Assembly (NCBI GenBank): GCA_039915685.1
Contig: JBDSMU010000169.1
Coordinates: 1 to 62,056 of the forward strand
Direction of reading: 5' to 3'
DNA: 62,056 nt
Source of the DNA: Gemmatimonadales bacterium
Lineage (GTDB): Bacteria > Gemmatimonadota > Gemmatimonadetes > Gemmatimonadales > GWC2-71-9
The notes under the pieces were generated by a model that saw only the letters and a program-made list of their open reading frames with translations, did no database searches and had not been told where the DNA came from. Positions within the stretch are counted from its first letter, which is position 1; each line of letters begins with the position of its first letter. Made by a program: the position numbers and the translations under genes. Shown here piece after piece: positions 41,693 through 49,815 of this stretch.

Positions 41693-43333
41693 ATGAGCGA
41701 CGTGAAGCGCGCCACGCGCACGCCCCGCTTGCGTGCCCTTACCGACGAGTACCTCGAGCTGGCCGCACGCCTCCGGGAGGGGGGCGGCGCGAAGCGGGTC
41801 GCCCGAATGCACGCCAAGGGGCAGCTTTCACCGCGGGAGCGCGTCACCGCGCTGCTTGATCCCGGCGCACCATGGCTTGAATTGGGCCTGCTCGTGGCCT
41901 GGGACCGCTACGACGGCGAGGCGCCTGCGGCGGGCGTGATCACCGGCGTCGGTGTCGTGGCCGGTCGCGAGGTCGTGGTCGTGGCCAATGATGCGACGGT
42001 CAAGGCGGGTTCGTGGTGGCCGGAAACGATCGGCAAGATCCTGCGCGCGCAGGAAACGGCGATGCGGCAGCGCATCCCGATCATCTACCTCGTCGATTCA
42101 GCCGGCGTGAACCTGCCGTATCAGGAGGGGGTCTTCCCGGGGCAGTACGGTGCAGCACGCATCTTCTATTACAACTCGCTGATGCGTCGGTACCTGCACG
42201 TCCCGCAGATCGCTGCGGTGATGGGAAGCTGCATCGCCGGTGGCGCATATCTCCCCGCGCTCTCCGATGTAATTTTCATGGTCGAGGGCACGTCCTTCAT
42301 GGGTCTGGGCGGGCCGAACCTGGTGAAGGGTGCCACCGGCCAATCGGTCGATGCGGAGAGCCTGGGCGGTGCGCGGGCGCACACCGAGGTCAGCGCCGTC
42401 GCGCACTATCGGTCGACCAACGATGTCGACTGCATCGCTCGGATCCGTGATTACGTTGAACGACTGCCGTTGCTGCCGGCTTCTCGCCAAGCGGTTCGCC
42501 AATCCATCCCTCCGCAATCTGATGCCACAGCGATTTACGACATCCTTCCTGCTGATCACCGCATGTCCTACGATATGCGTGACGTGCTCGCGGCGCTGCT
42601 CGACGGCAGCCACCTCGATGAGTTCCAGCCTGACCTCGCTGCCGAAATGTTGTGCGGCCATGCCCGCATCGAGGGCCGGCCGGTCGCCGTCATTGCCAAC
42701 CAGCGCGGCCTGATCAAGGGGCGCGAGGGTGAGAAGCCCCGGTTCGGCGGGATTGTGTACGCCGAGAGCGCCGAGAAAGTGGCGTTCTTCATCGAGACCG
42801 CGAATCGCGAGAAGATTCCGATCCTCTTCGTGCAGGATGTGAGCGGATTCATGGTTGGTCCCGAAGCGGAACACGAGGGGATAATCCGCGCCGGGGCACG
42901 ATTCGTGGAAGCGATGGCGACCACGTTCGTGCCGAAGATTGTGCTCACCGTCAACCACGCGTCTGGGGCAGGCTACTACGCGATGGCGGGTCAGGGATTC
43001 GATCCCGATTTCATTCTGTCGTGGCCGACCGGTCGGATGGCCGTCATGGAAGGTGAGTCGGCGGTGATGGCCGTTCACGGCGGCACGATCCAGAAGGCCC
43101 AACAGGCGAAACAGCCGCTCGATGAAGCCACGCAGAATGCGATCGAGGGCATGCGGAACGATTACGAGGCGCAGCTTGACGCCCGATACGCGGCGGCGCG
43201 CGGGTTTGTCGATGCGATTGTCACACCGGAGGAGACGCGGTCGCTCCTTGGTTTTCTTCTCACGGTGACCGCGAGTTACGGAGGTCCGCACCTGGGGCCG
43301 TTCGTGCTGGACGGCAGCGAGGTAATGCGATGA
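41693..43333 (+). CDS. Acyl-CoA carboxylase carboxyltransferase (beta) subunit, MCC/GCC-like
   Basis: [29 protein letters not shown] and [16 protein letters not shown]. Confidence 0.93.
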   Translation: MSDVKRATRTPRLRALTDEYLELAARLREGGGAKRVARMHAKGQLSPRERVTALLDPGAPWLELGLLVAWDRYDGEAPAAGVITGVGVVAGREVVVVANDATVKAGSWWPETIGKILRAQETAMRQRIPIIYLVDSAGVNLPYQEGVFPGQYGAARIFYYNSLMRRYLHVPQIAAVMGSCIAGGAYLPALSDVIFMVEGTSFMGLGGPNLVKGATGQSVDAESLGGARAHTEVSAVAHYRSTNDVDCIARIRDYVERLPLLPASRQAVRQSIPPQSDATAIYDILPADHRMSYDMRDVLAALLDGSHLDEFQPDLAAEMLCGHARIEGRPVAVIANQRGLIKGREGEKPRFGGIVYAESAEKVAFFIETANREKIPILFVQDVSGFMVGPEAEHEGIIRAGARFVEAMATTFVPKIVLTVNHASGAGYYAMAGQGFDPDFILSWPTGRMAVMEGESAVMAVHGGTIQKAQQAKQPLDEATQNAIEGMRNDYEAQLDARYAAARGFVDAIVTPEETRSLLGFLLTVTASYGGPHLGPFVLDGSEVMR

Positions 43334-44703
43334 GCAAGCGATCGACGATACGGATCGCCGCGGGGCAGGGATTCTGGGGCGACTGGCTGGAGGCTCCTGT
43401 TCGGCAGGTGGAGGGCGGGGAGATCGATTATCTCGTCCTCGACTATCTCGCGGAAGTCACCATGTCGATCCTGCAGAAACAGCGATCGCGCGACCCGGCC
43501 GCCGGATACGCCCGCGACTTCGTGTCGCAACTCGAGCGGATACTTCCGACCGTGGCGGCCAAGGGAATTCGAGTGGTATCGAACGCCGGCGGCGTCAATC
43601 CGCGCGCCTGCGCCGAAGCGGTGCGGGCGCTTGCCAACCGCCTCGGGCTTGGCAATGCAATCAAGATCGCCCTTGTCGAGGGTGACGATCTCATGGACCG
43701 GCTCGACGAACTGGCGGTCAGTGGCGAACCGCTCGCCAACATGGACACCGACCGGCCCCTCACCGACGTGCGCGACCAGGTGAGGTCGGCCAATGCCTAC
43801 CTCGGTATGACGCCGATCGTTGAGGCGCTGCGGCGTGGCGCCAACGTGGTCATCACCGGTCGGGTCACCGACACCGGGCTGACACTCGGACCCCTGGTTC
43901 ACGAATTCGGCTGGGCCCACGACGACTGGGATCGAATCGCAGCGGGCACGATTGCCGGTCACATCCTCGAGTGCGGGGCGCAGTGTTCAGGCGGTAACCT
44001 CTCCAAGGACTGGCGTGACGTGGAGTGCCTGGAGGATGTCGGCTTTCCGATTGTGGAGGCGTCGCCCGATGGTACATTCGTGGTCACGAAGCACGACAAC
44101 ACCGGTGGAGTGGTGAACATCGCATCGGTCACCGAGCAACTCGTCTACGAGATGGGCGATCCGGAGATGTATATCTCGCCAGACGGCATCACCGATTTCA
44201 CCAGTATCCAACTCGAGAAGGATGGCAAGAACCGCGTCCGTGTGTCGGGCATCACCGGGGGTCCGCGCACGCCGTTGCTCAAGGTGTCGATCGCGTACTT
44301 CCACGGCTACAAAGCCGTAGGCTCGCTTGTCTACTCGTGGCCCGAGGCATACGACAAGGCGCAAGCCGCGGATCGCATTCTGCGGCGTCGTCTCGATGCG
44401 CTGGGCCTCGAGTTCGAGCAGGTGCTGACTGAGTACGTCGGCGTCAACTCCACGCACGGCCCCCTCGCCGGCGAACCCGATCCCGAGATCCCTGAGGTGA
44501 TGCTGCGAGTGGGCGTGCGCGGCACCAATCGCGCATCCGTGGAACGGTTTACCCGCGAGATCGCGCCCCTGGTGCTCACCGGCCCGCCGAGTGTCACCGG
44601 TTTCGCCGGCGGTCGGCCGCAGGTCGAGGAGATCGTCGCATACTGGCCCGCGCTAGTCGCGCGCGAGAAGATCGAACCCTTCGTGCGCGTGGAGATGATC
44701 TGA
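43330..44703 (+). CDS. AtuA family (DUF1446) N-terminal part
   Basis: [41 protein letters not shown] and EQLVYE. Confidence 0.9.
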   Translation: MSKRSTIRIAAGQGFWGDWLEAPVRQVEGGEIDYLVLDYLAEVTMSILQKQRSRDPAAGYARDFVSQLERILPTVAAKGIRVVSNAGGVNPRACAEAVRALANRLGLGNAIKIALVEGDDLMDRLDELAVSGEPLANMDTDRPLTDVRDQVRSANAYLGMTPIVEALRRGANVVITGRVTDTGLTLGPLVHEFGWAHDDWDRIAAGTIAGHILECGAQCSGGNLSKDWRDVECLEDVGFPIVEASPDGTFVVTKHDNTGGVVNIASVTEQLVYEMGDPEMYISPDGITDFTSIQLEKDGKNRVRVSGITGGPRTPLLKVSIAYFHGYKAVGSLVYSWPEAYDKAQAADRILRRRLDALGLEFEQVLTEYVGVNSTHGPLAGEPDPEIPEVMLRVGVRGTNRASVERFTREIAPLVLTGPPSVTGFAGGRPQVEEIVAYWPALVAREKIEPFVRVEMI

Positions 44704-45053
44704 TGGCTTCCATCGAGCTGCGATATCTCGCGCACGCGCGTTCGGGCGACAAAGGCGATACTGCCAACGTCGGCCTCATTGCGCTCAAGCCCGCGTACTA
44801 CGAACTCCTCGTGGACCAGGTGACTCGGAAGCGGGTGGCGCAACACTTCAAGGGGATGGTGAGCGGCGTGGAACGCTTCGAGCTCCCCAACCTCAACGCG
44901 CTCAACTTTTTGTTGCATGGTGCACTCGATGGCGGGGGGACGCTGTCACTAAAGACGGATGCCCAGGGCAAGGTGTACTCGACCGCCTTGTTGCGCATGA
45001 AGGTCGACGTCCCGGCCAAGGTGGCGAAGAAGGCGATGGAGCGAGCCGGATGA
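44703..45053 (+). CDS. AtuA-related C-terminal domain as a stand-alone protein
   Basis: AHARSGDKGDTANVG and ALDGGGT..LKTDAQGK. TGATG coupling. Confidence 0.88.
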   Translation: MASIELRYLAHARSGDKGDTANVGLIALKPAYYELLVDQVTRKRVAQHFKGMVSGVERFELPNLNALNFLLHGALDGGGTLSLKTDAQGKVYSTALLRMKVDVPAKVAKKAMERAG

Positions 45054-45805
45054 GTGCGGGACTCACGACAACGCTCGATGGTGGGGTTTTGACACTCACG
45101 CTCGACCGGGCCGACAAGCGCAACGCACTCAACACCGCAATCATCGACGGACTGGCGCAAGGCATGGCGCGCGCCGAGCTGGAACCCGGCGTGCGCGTCG
45201 TAGTGATCCGGGGCAAGGGCATCGATTTCTGCGCGGGAGCCGACCTCGCCGAGATGCTCGCATCGGTTAACAACTCCCTCGACGAGAACGAGCGTGACGC
45301 GCTCGGCCTGGGCGAGATTTTCCTCGCGCTCCGCCGACTCCCCAAGCCCACGGTCGCGGTGGTGCAGGGCCGTGCACTGGCGGGGGGCGCCGGGCTGGCG
45401 CTGGCGTGCGACATTGTCATCGCGTCCGACACTGCCCGGCTCGGCTTCCCCGAAATTGCGCGCGGGTTCGTTCCAGCCATGGTGATGACGCTGCTCCGAC
45501 GATCGGTCACGGAGAAGCGCGCCTTCGACCTGGTGGCTACCGGTCGGCTGGTCGGCGCCGATGAGGCGCTGTCACTCGGCTTGGTGAGTCGGGTGGTTCC
45601 CGCGGAGGCGCTGGACGCTCGGGCGGCGGAAGTTGTCGCGACGTTGCTGGCCTCCAGCACGACCGCCTTCGCGCTCACCAAGCAATTATTCACGGAACTC
45701 GACGGAGTGTCGTTTGCCGACGGCGTGCTCCTCGGCGCGCGCGTCAACGCGCTCTCGCGGTCTACTCCCGATTTTCGGCAACGCATACAGGAATTCCTCA
45801 CATGA
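45050..45805 (+). CDS. Enoyl-CoA hydratase/crotonase family protein (methylglutaconyl-CoA hydratase-like)
   Basis: KRNAL, FCAGADL, AGGAGLALACD and FPE. Confidence 0.9.
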   Translation: MSAGLTTTLDGGVLTLTLDRADKRNALNTAIIDGLAQGMARAELEPGVRVVVIRGKGIDFCAGADLAEMLASVNNSLDENERDALGLGEIFLALRRLPKPTVAVVQGRALAGGAGLALACDIVIASDTARLGFPEIARGFVPAMVMTLLRRSVTEKRAFDLVATGRLVGADEALSLGLVSRVVPAEALDARAAEVVATLLASSTTAFALTKQLFTELDGVSFADGVLLGARVNALSRSTPDFRQRIQEFLT

Positions 45806-45978
45806 CCCTCGCCCCATTTCGGTTTGTGCTCTCGCTCGTGGGGCTCATGATGGCATTCGTCGCGGTGCTGGCCAAAGATCAGCGGGTCACATGGGCCGCG
45901 ATCGCCGTGCTCGTCGTGGCGTTCGCGCTTCGGTTTGCCCCTGGAGGCAAGCGTCCGCCGACCGTAGGCGACCAGTAA
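45802..45978 (+). CDS. Small 58-aa two-helix membrane protein (absent from the ORF track)
   Basis: ATGA overlap with the crotonase stop. Translation MTLAPFRFVLSLVGLMMAFVAVLAKDQRVTWAAIAVLVVAFALRFAPGGKRPPTVGDQ*. Confidence 0.65.
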   Translation: MTLAPFRFVLSLVGLMMAFVAVLAKDQRVTWAAIAVLVVAFALRFAPGGKRPPTVGDQ

Positions 45979-46048
45979 CGCATCGGGGCGCCACGCGCCG
46001 CGCAGCGAGGTACCCCAGCCCCACGGCCTTGCCCGCCATAGTGTCGCC

Positions 46049-47395
46049 ATGGCATCGCTCGAGGTCGCCCGTCACGTCTTGCAGACCACGTTTGGTCACC
46101 CCGATTTTCGTCCGCTCCAGGCGCGTGTGGTGTCGCCACTCATGGCCGGCCGTGATGTGCTCGCGGTGCTCCCGACCGGCGGCGGCAAGTCGGTGTGCTT
46201 TCAGGTTCCCGCGCTCGCCACGCGCGGGGTCACGGTGGTTGTCTCGCCACTCATTGCCCTGATGCAGGATCAGGTCGCCGCGCTCAGTGCCCGCGGCGTC
46301 CGTGCAGTGGCGTTCAACTCAACGGTCGGTCGCGAGGCTCAGGACGCCGCGATGCAGGCCGCGTCGGCGGGTCGTCTTCGCCTGCTGTACACTTCGCCCG
46401 AACGCCTGCCCCGACTGGCCGACGAACTGGCAGCCCGTCACATCCCAGTCGCGCGACTGGCTGTCGACGAGGCGCACTGCATTGTCGAATGGGGTCATGA
46501 TTTCAGGCCAAGCTACCGCGCGATTCGCGCCGCGAGGGAGTCATTGGGGACACCCCAGTGCATCGCCCTCACCGGAAGCGCCACACCGGATGTACGACGG
46601 GAGATCACGTGCGCACTCGCGCTGCGGCCCGACGCCGCGACCGTCATCGGCTCGTTTGATCGTCCCAACCTGCACTTCGATGTGGTGCCCGTCTCAGGCC
46701 GGGAAGATCGCTTGGCCAAGCTCGTGGTGTTGGTCCGGTCATCGCGGGATCCGGCGATTGTGTACGCGCCAACACGTGGTCTGGTCGACGGTCTTACACG
46801 GATATTGCGCGAGGCCGGCGTCGATGCCGCACCGTACCACGCCGGAATGACGCCCGACGAGCGACGGTCAACGCTCGAACAATTCCTCGGCGGCGAATTT
46901 CGAGTGGTGGTGGCCACTTGCGCGTTCGGGATGGGCATCGACAAGCCGAATGTTTGTCTGGTCGTGCACTGGTCGAGCCCGGCCACGCCCGAGTCGTACT
47001 ATCAGGAGGCCGGGAGGGCGGGTCGCGATGGCGCCGCCGCTCGGTGCGTGCTGTTGCATCATCCGGCCGACGACGTCGTGCCGCGTAAACAACTCGAGGT
47101 GACCTTCCCGCCAGAGCGGCTTGTCGAGCGGGCTTGGGCTGATACAGCACTGCGCGATCGCCAGCCGGGGGGCGTGGTAGCGTCGATCGACCGACTCGCC
47201 GCGGAACTCCGACCCGATCGCGGCCGCGTCAGATGGCAGGGTGTGCGCCGGCGGAAGCGGGAGGCCGAGCGTCGGCTCACCGCGATGATGCGCTACGCCA
47301 CGGCACGAGAGTGCCGGCGTCGGATGCTGGTTGGGTGGTTTGGCGAGACGCTGCGCCGGTGCAGCGGTTGCGATCAATGCACCGGGAGGGGCTAA
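46049..47395 (+). CDS. recQ: RecQ-family ATP-dependent DNA helicase (short form)
   Basis: PTGGGKS, VDEAHC.EWGHDFRPSY, YYQEAGRAGRDG and a C-terminal CRR...CSGCDQC Zn motif. Confidence 0.93.
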   Translation: MASLEVARHVLQTTFGHPDFRPLQARVVSPLMAGRDVLAVLPTGGGKSVCFQVPALATRGVTVVVSPLIALMQDQVAALSARGVRAVAFNSTVGREAQDAAMQAASAGRLRLLYTSPERLPRLADELAARHIPVARLAVDEAHCIVEWGHDFRPSYRAIRAARESLGTPQCIALTGSATPDVRREITCALALRPDAATVIGSFDRPNLHFDVVPVSGREDRLAKLVVLVRSSRDPAIVYAPTRGLVDGLTRILREAGVDAAPYHAGMTPDERRSTLEQFLGGEFRVVVATCAFGMGIDKPNVCLVVHWSSPATPESYYQEAGRAGRDGAAARCVLLHHPADDVVPRKQLEVTFPPERLVERAWADTALRDRQPGGVVASIDRLAAELRPDRGRVRWQGVRRRKREAERRLTAMMRYATARECRRRMLVGWFGETLRRCSGCDQCTGRG

Positions 47396-47416
47396 GCCGG
47401 CACTGGCCGGCCGCGA

Positions 47417-49243
47417 TCAGTTGATCTGCTTGAGCCTGCCGGATGGCTCGACTTCGTATTTCGCTGGATGCAGTACTTCATTCAGCAGGAACTTCGGGTA
47501 CCGGGAGCTCATCTCACTGGGGAACGAGATGTTGGTCAGGAACGGGTCGGCCTTGTTCATGTCAACCACGTAGCCCAGATCAGCCAGCGATGCGACGGAA
47601 AGGCGAGACAGCGGCATGAAGACGCCGCTCGCCTCGACAAAGGGTGTCATCAGTTCCGTGTCGAGAATGCTCTCCCGCCAATGCGAATCGGCCGACCCAC
47701 CACCATCGGTATTGTGGACGGGAACGAGGCGACCGGTGTACGAGATCGCGAACGAAGGCCAGATCGCGTTCGTTTGGACGCCGGTGAAGATCGGGTCCGG
47801 CGAGCCGACGTCAGTGAGTAGGCCGCGGGGGACCCACCCTGCCTTTCCGATGCCCAGCACATGCCCGATCTCGTGGGTGACCACGGGCACCAGGCGATTG
47901 CTGACCTTCAGATTTAGCAGGTCCGCTTCCTCGAACTGCATGCCGCCGACGGATGTCAAGATCGTGGAGCTTCGCTGCACGCAAGGTGCAGCGGCGCCCA
48001 GCACGCCGCCAGGCCCGTCGATGTACGTGACCTGCGCAAAGATCACCAGGTCGTCGACTATTTCGTTGAGGGGCCCCGTGCTGATGAAACCGGGACACGC
48101 TGTGGAGGGGATATTGATCAGTTGATCAGGGATATCGGCCGTGATGATCCCCATCCACCGGAGTCCGGCCTCGGCGAACGCGTCGCGCAGGTCGGGGATC
48201 ATCGGCGTCACGAAGCGAATGTCGATGAGGTACGGCGACAGGGCGCCGGTCGCTGTGAAAGTGACCTTTGGCAGGTTGAAACCACCGCCGATCGTCGCCT
48301 CGACAGTGCTGTTGGCGGCAAAGCCTAGTCGCCAGTCGGACGGTGTCGCGACGCCGGCGCCGTCGGTGACGGTGCTGCCTCCGGTGAGCACCGCGTCGCC
48401 ACCCCCAACGATCGCAAAGGTGACCGCTATCCCCGGCGACGGGTTGCCGAACTCGTCGACCAGCTTGATCCGCGGAAGTTTGGGCACCATGTAGCGAAGG
48501 AATCCGCTCTGCGAGGTCGGCGATTGGGCCGACACCGCAGCCGGCGCTGCGCCCAGTGCCTGAGCCTCGAAGATCAGCGACGCGTTTCCAGCGCGGGCGA
48601 TGAGGCGGTTGAGGCCGGCCGCCGAGCCCAGAGCCCAGGAGCCGACCGCCGCCCGGCCGGCGGCGTCAGTGGTTACCGATCCGCCGGTGACGGTTCCGCC
48701 GCCCAACGTGACCGTGAAGGTGACAGCCACGCCGGCCAATGCATTGCCGAAGCCATCTCGAACCTCGATGGTCGGCACCGGCATCACCGACGCAGCGACC
48801 AGCGCCGCAGACGATTGAGCCGTGACAGGGACGATCACAGCCGGTGCCCCCGGCGTTGCCGTCGCTGTGATTGTGACCGACGCGGCCTGCGCGGTTGCCT
48901 TCAAGGTCTGCGGGCCGGTCGCGTTGCCGAGGCGCCAGCTTCCCAATGGCGCCAAGCCGGAGGCGTCGGTCCGGGCCGAATCGCCCGTCACCGTGCCGCC
49001 GCCACTCTGAACTTTGTACCGGACGATGATCCCTGCCAACGCATTCCCGTTCGCGTCCCGAACCCTTACGCTCGGCGGGATCGGCACAAAGTTGGTCACC
49101 ACGGCGGACTGGCCATCTCCCACGACAACTTCCAGCGTCGCCGGTGGCCCCGATTGGCTCGAGCTATCGCCGCCACAGGCGCCGACTGCTATCAAGAACG
49201 CGGCGACGAGGCACCTTGGGACGATGGAGGGGGCGACGTTCAT
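47417..49243 (-). CDS. Lipoprotein with Ig-like repeats and a leishmanolysin-like (M8) zinc metalloprotease domain
   Basis: IAVGAC lipobox, three TDxxGxA..xWxLG repeats, HEIGHVLG, SHWRES and ELMT Met-turn. GGAG RBS before ATG 49243. Confidence 0.85.
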   Translation of the reverse strand: MNVAPSIVPRCLVAAFLIAVGACGGDSSSQSGPPATLEVVVGDGQSAVVTNFVPIPPSVRVRDANGNALAGIIVRYKVQSGGGTVTGDSARTDASGLAPLGSWRLGNATGPQTLKATAQAASVTITATATPGAPAVIVPVTAQSSAALVAASVMPVPTIEVRDGFGNALAGVAVTFTVTLGGGTVTGGSVTTDAAGRAAVGSWALGSAAGLNRLIARAGNASLIFEAQALGAAPAAVSAQSPTSQSGFLRYMVPKLPRIKLVDEFGNPSPGIAVTFAIVGGGDAVLTGGSTVTDGAGVATPSDWRLGFAANSTVEATIGGGFNLPKVTFTATGALSPYLIDIRFVTPMIPDLRDAFAEAGLRWMGIITADIPDQLINIPSTACPGFISTGPLNEIVDDLVIFAQVTYIDGPGGVLGAAAPCVQRSSTILTSVGGMQFEEADLLNLKVSNRLVPVVTHEIGHVLGIGKAGWVPRGLLTDVGSPDPIFTGVQTNAIWPSFAISYTGRLVPVHNTDGGGSADSHWRESILDTELMTPFVEASGVFMPLSRLSVASLADLGYVVDMNKADPFLTNISFPSEMSSRYPKFLLNEVLHPAKYEVEPSGRLKQIN

Positions 49244-49273
49244 GATCTCCGCGTGTTGTATTGGAATCCATAA

Positions 49274-49279
49274 ATTATA
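49274..49279 (-). promoter_or_regulatory. Putative -10 element (TATAAT) for the metalloprotease gene
   Basis: Perfect TATAAT 30 nt upstream of the start in a locally AT-rich patch. No clear -35. Confidence 0.5.
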
Positions 49280-49587
49280 CTGCGGGTCCGGCCCGTTGCC
49301 GAGTGCTGCCCGACCCAGCAATTGATATGAACGTCACATAGAGGCCCACGGTTCGCCTGGGAGGTGTCCGGGGCTCCTCCAAGTTGTCGCAAGTGCCGCA
49401 GCCGCATATCCTTCTGCGATGCAACCCACCCGGTGTGATGGTCGTCTACATCGCGTCGCTCGCCAACCGGCGAGGATCCGGGATTTTGCATGCATGATTC
49501 TGGACGGATTTCGCCGGATCATCGCCGTATTTCAGACACCCTGCCTCGACCAGAAGCGACAGCCCCAGCCCTCGGTGACGGCCGTGA

Positions 49588-49792
49588 CGGCGGGGGGCGC
49601 CATCGACCTCGGATGGTCGGTTACGCCCCCCGTTGCCCGCGCCCCTCGGTGCCGGTCGGGGCTCTCGCTCGCAGGGTGCCGCAGTTCCGGCCGCAAGGCG
49701 GAACGGGATACGGGACAGGACCGGCCCTCCGCCGCCGATCATCGGCGTCGGCGCCAACCATTGACCGCGCCAGGCCCCACTCGACATCGAGT
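49588..49792 (+). promoter_or_regulatory. Structured 5' leader upstream of rne/rng (several hairpins)
   Basis: Stems seen by eye at 49588-49635, 49651-49725 (containing a GCAA tetraloop hairpin), 49733-49746 and 49779-49792. Confidence 0.45.
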
Positions 49793-49815
49793 CGCGCCGC
49801 GCAGCAGAGACATCC

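Noticed and set aside
49640-49730. Cobalamin riboswitch, SRP or 6S RNA in the rne leader
   Set aside because: I found no B12-box (GCCACTG / GCAACTGT), no SRP GGAAGG-AGCAG motif and no 6S-like central bubble by eye.
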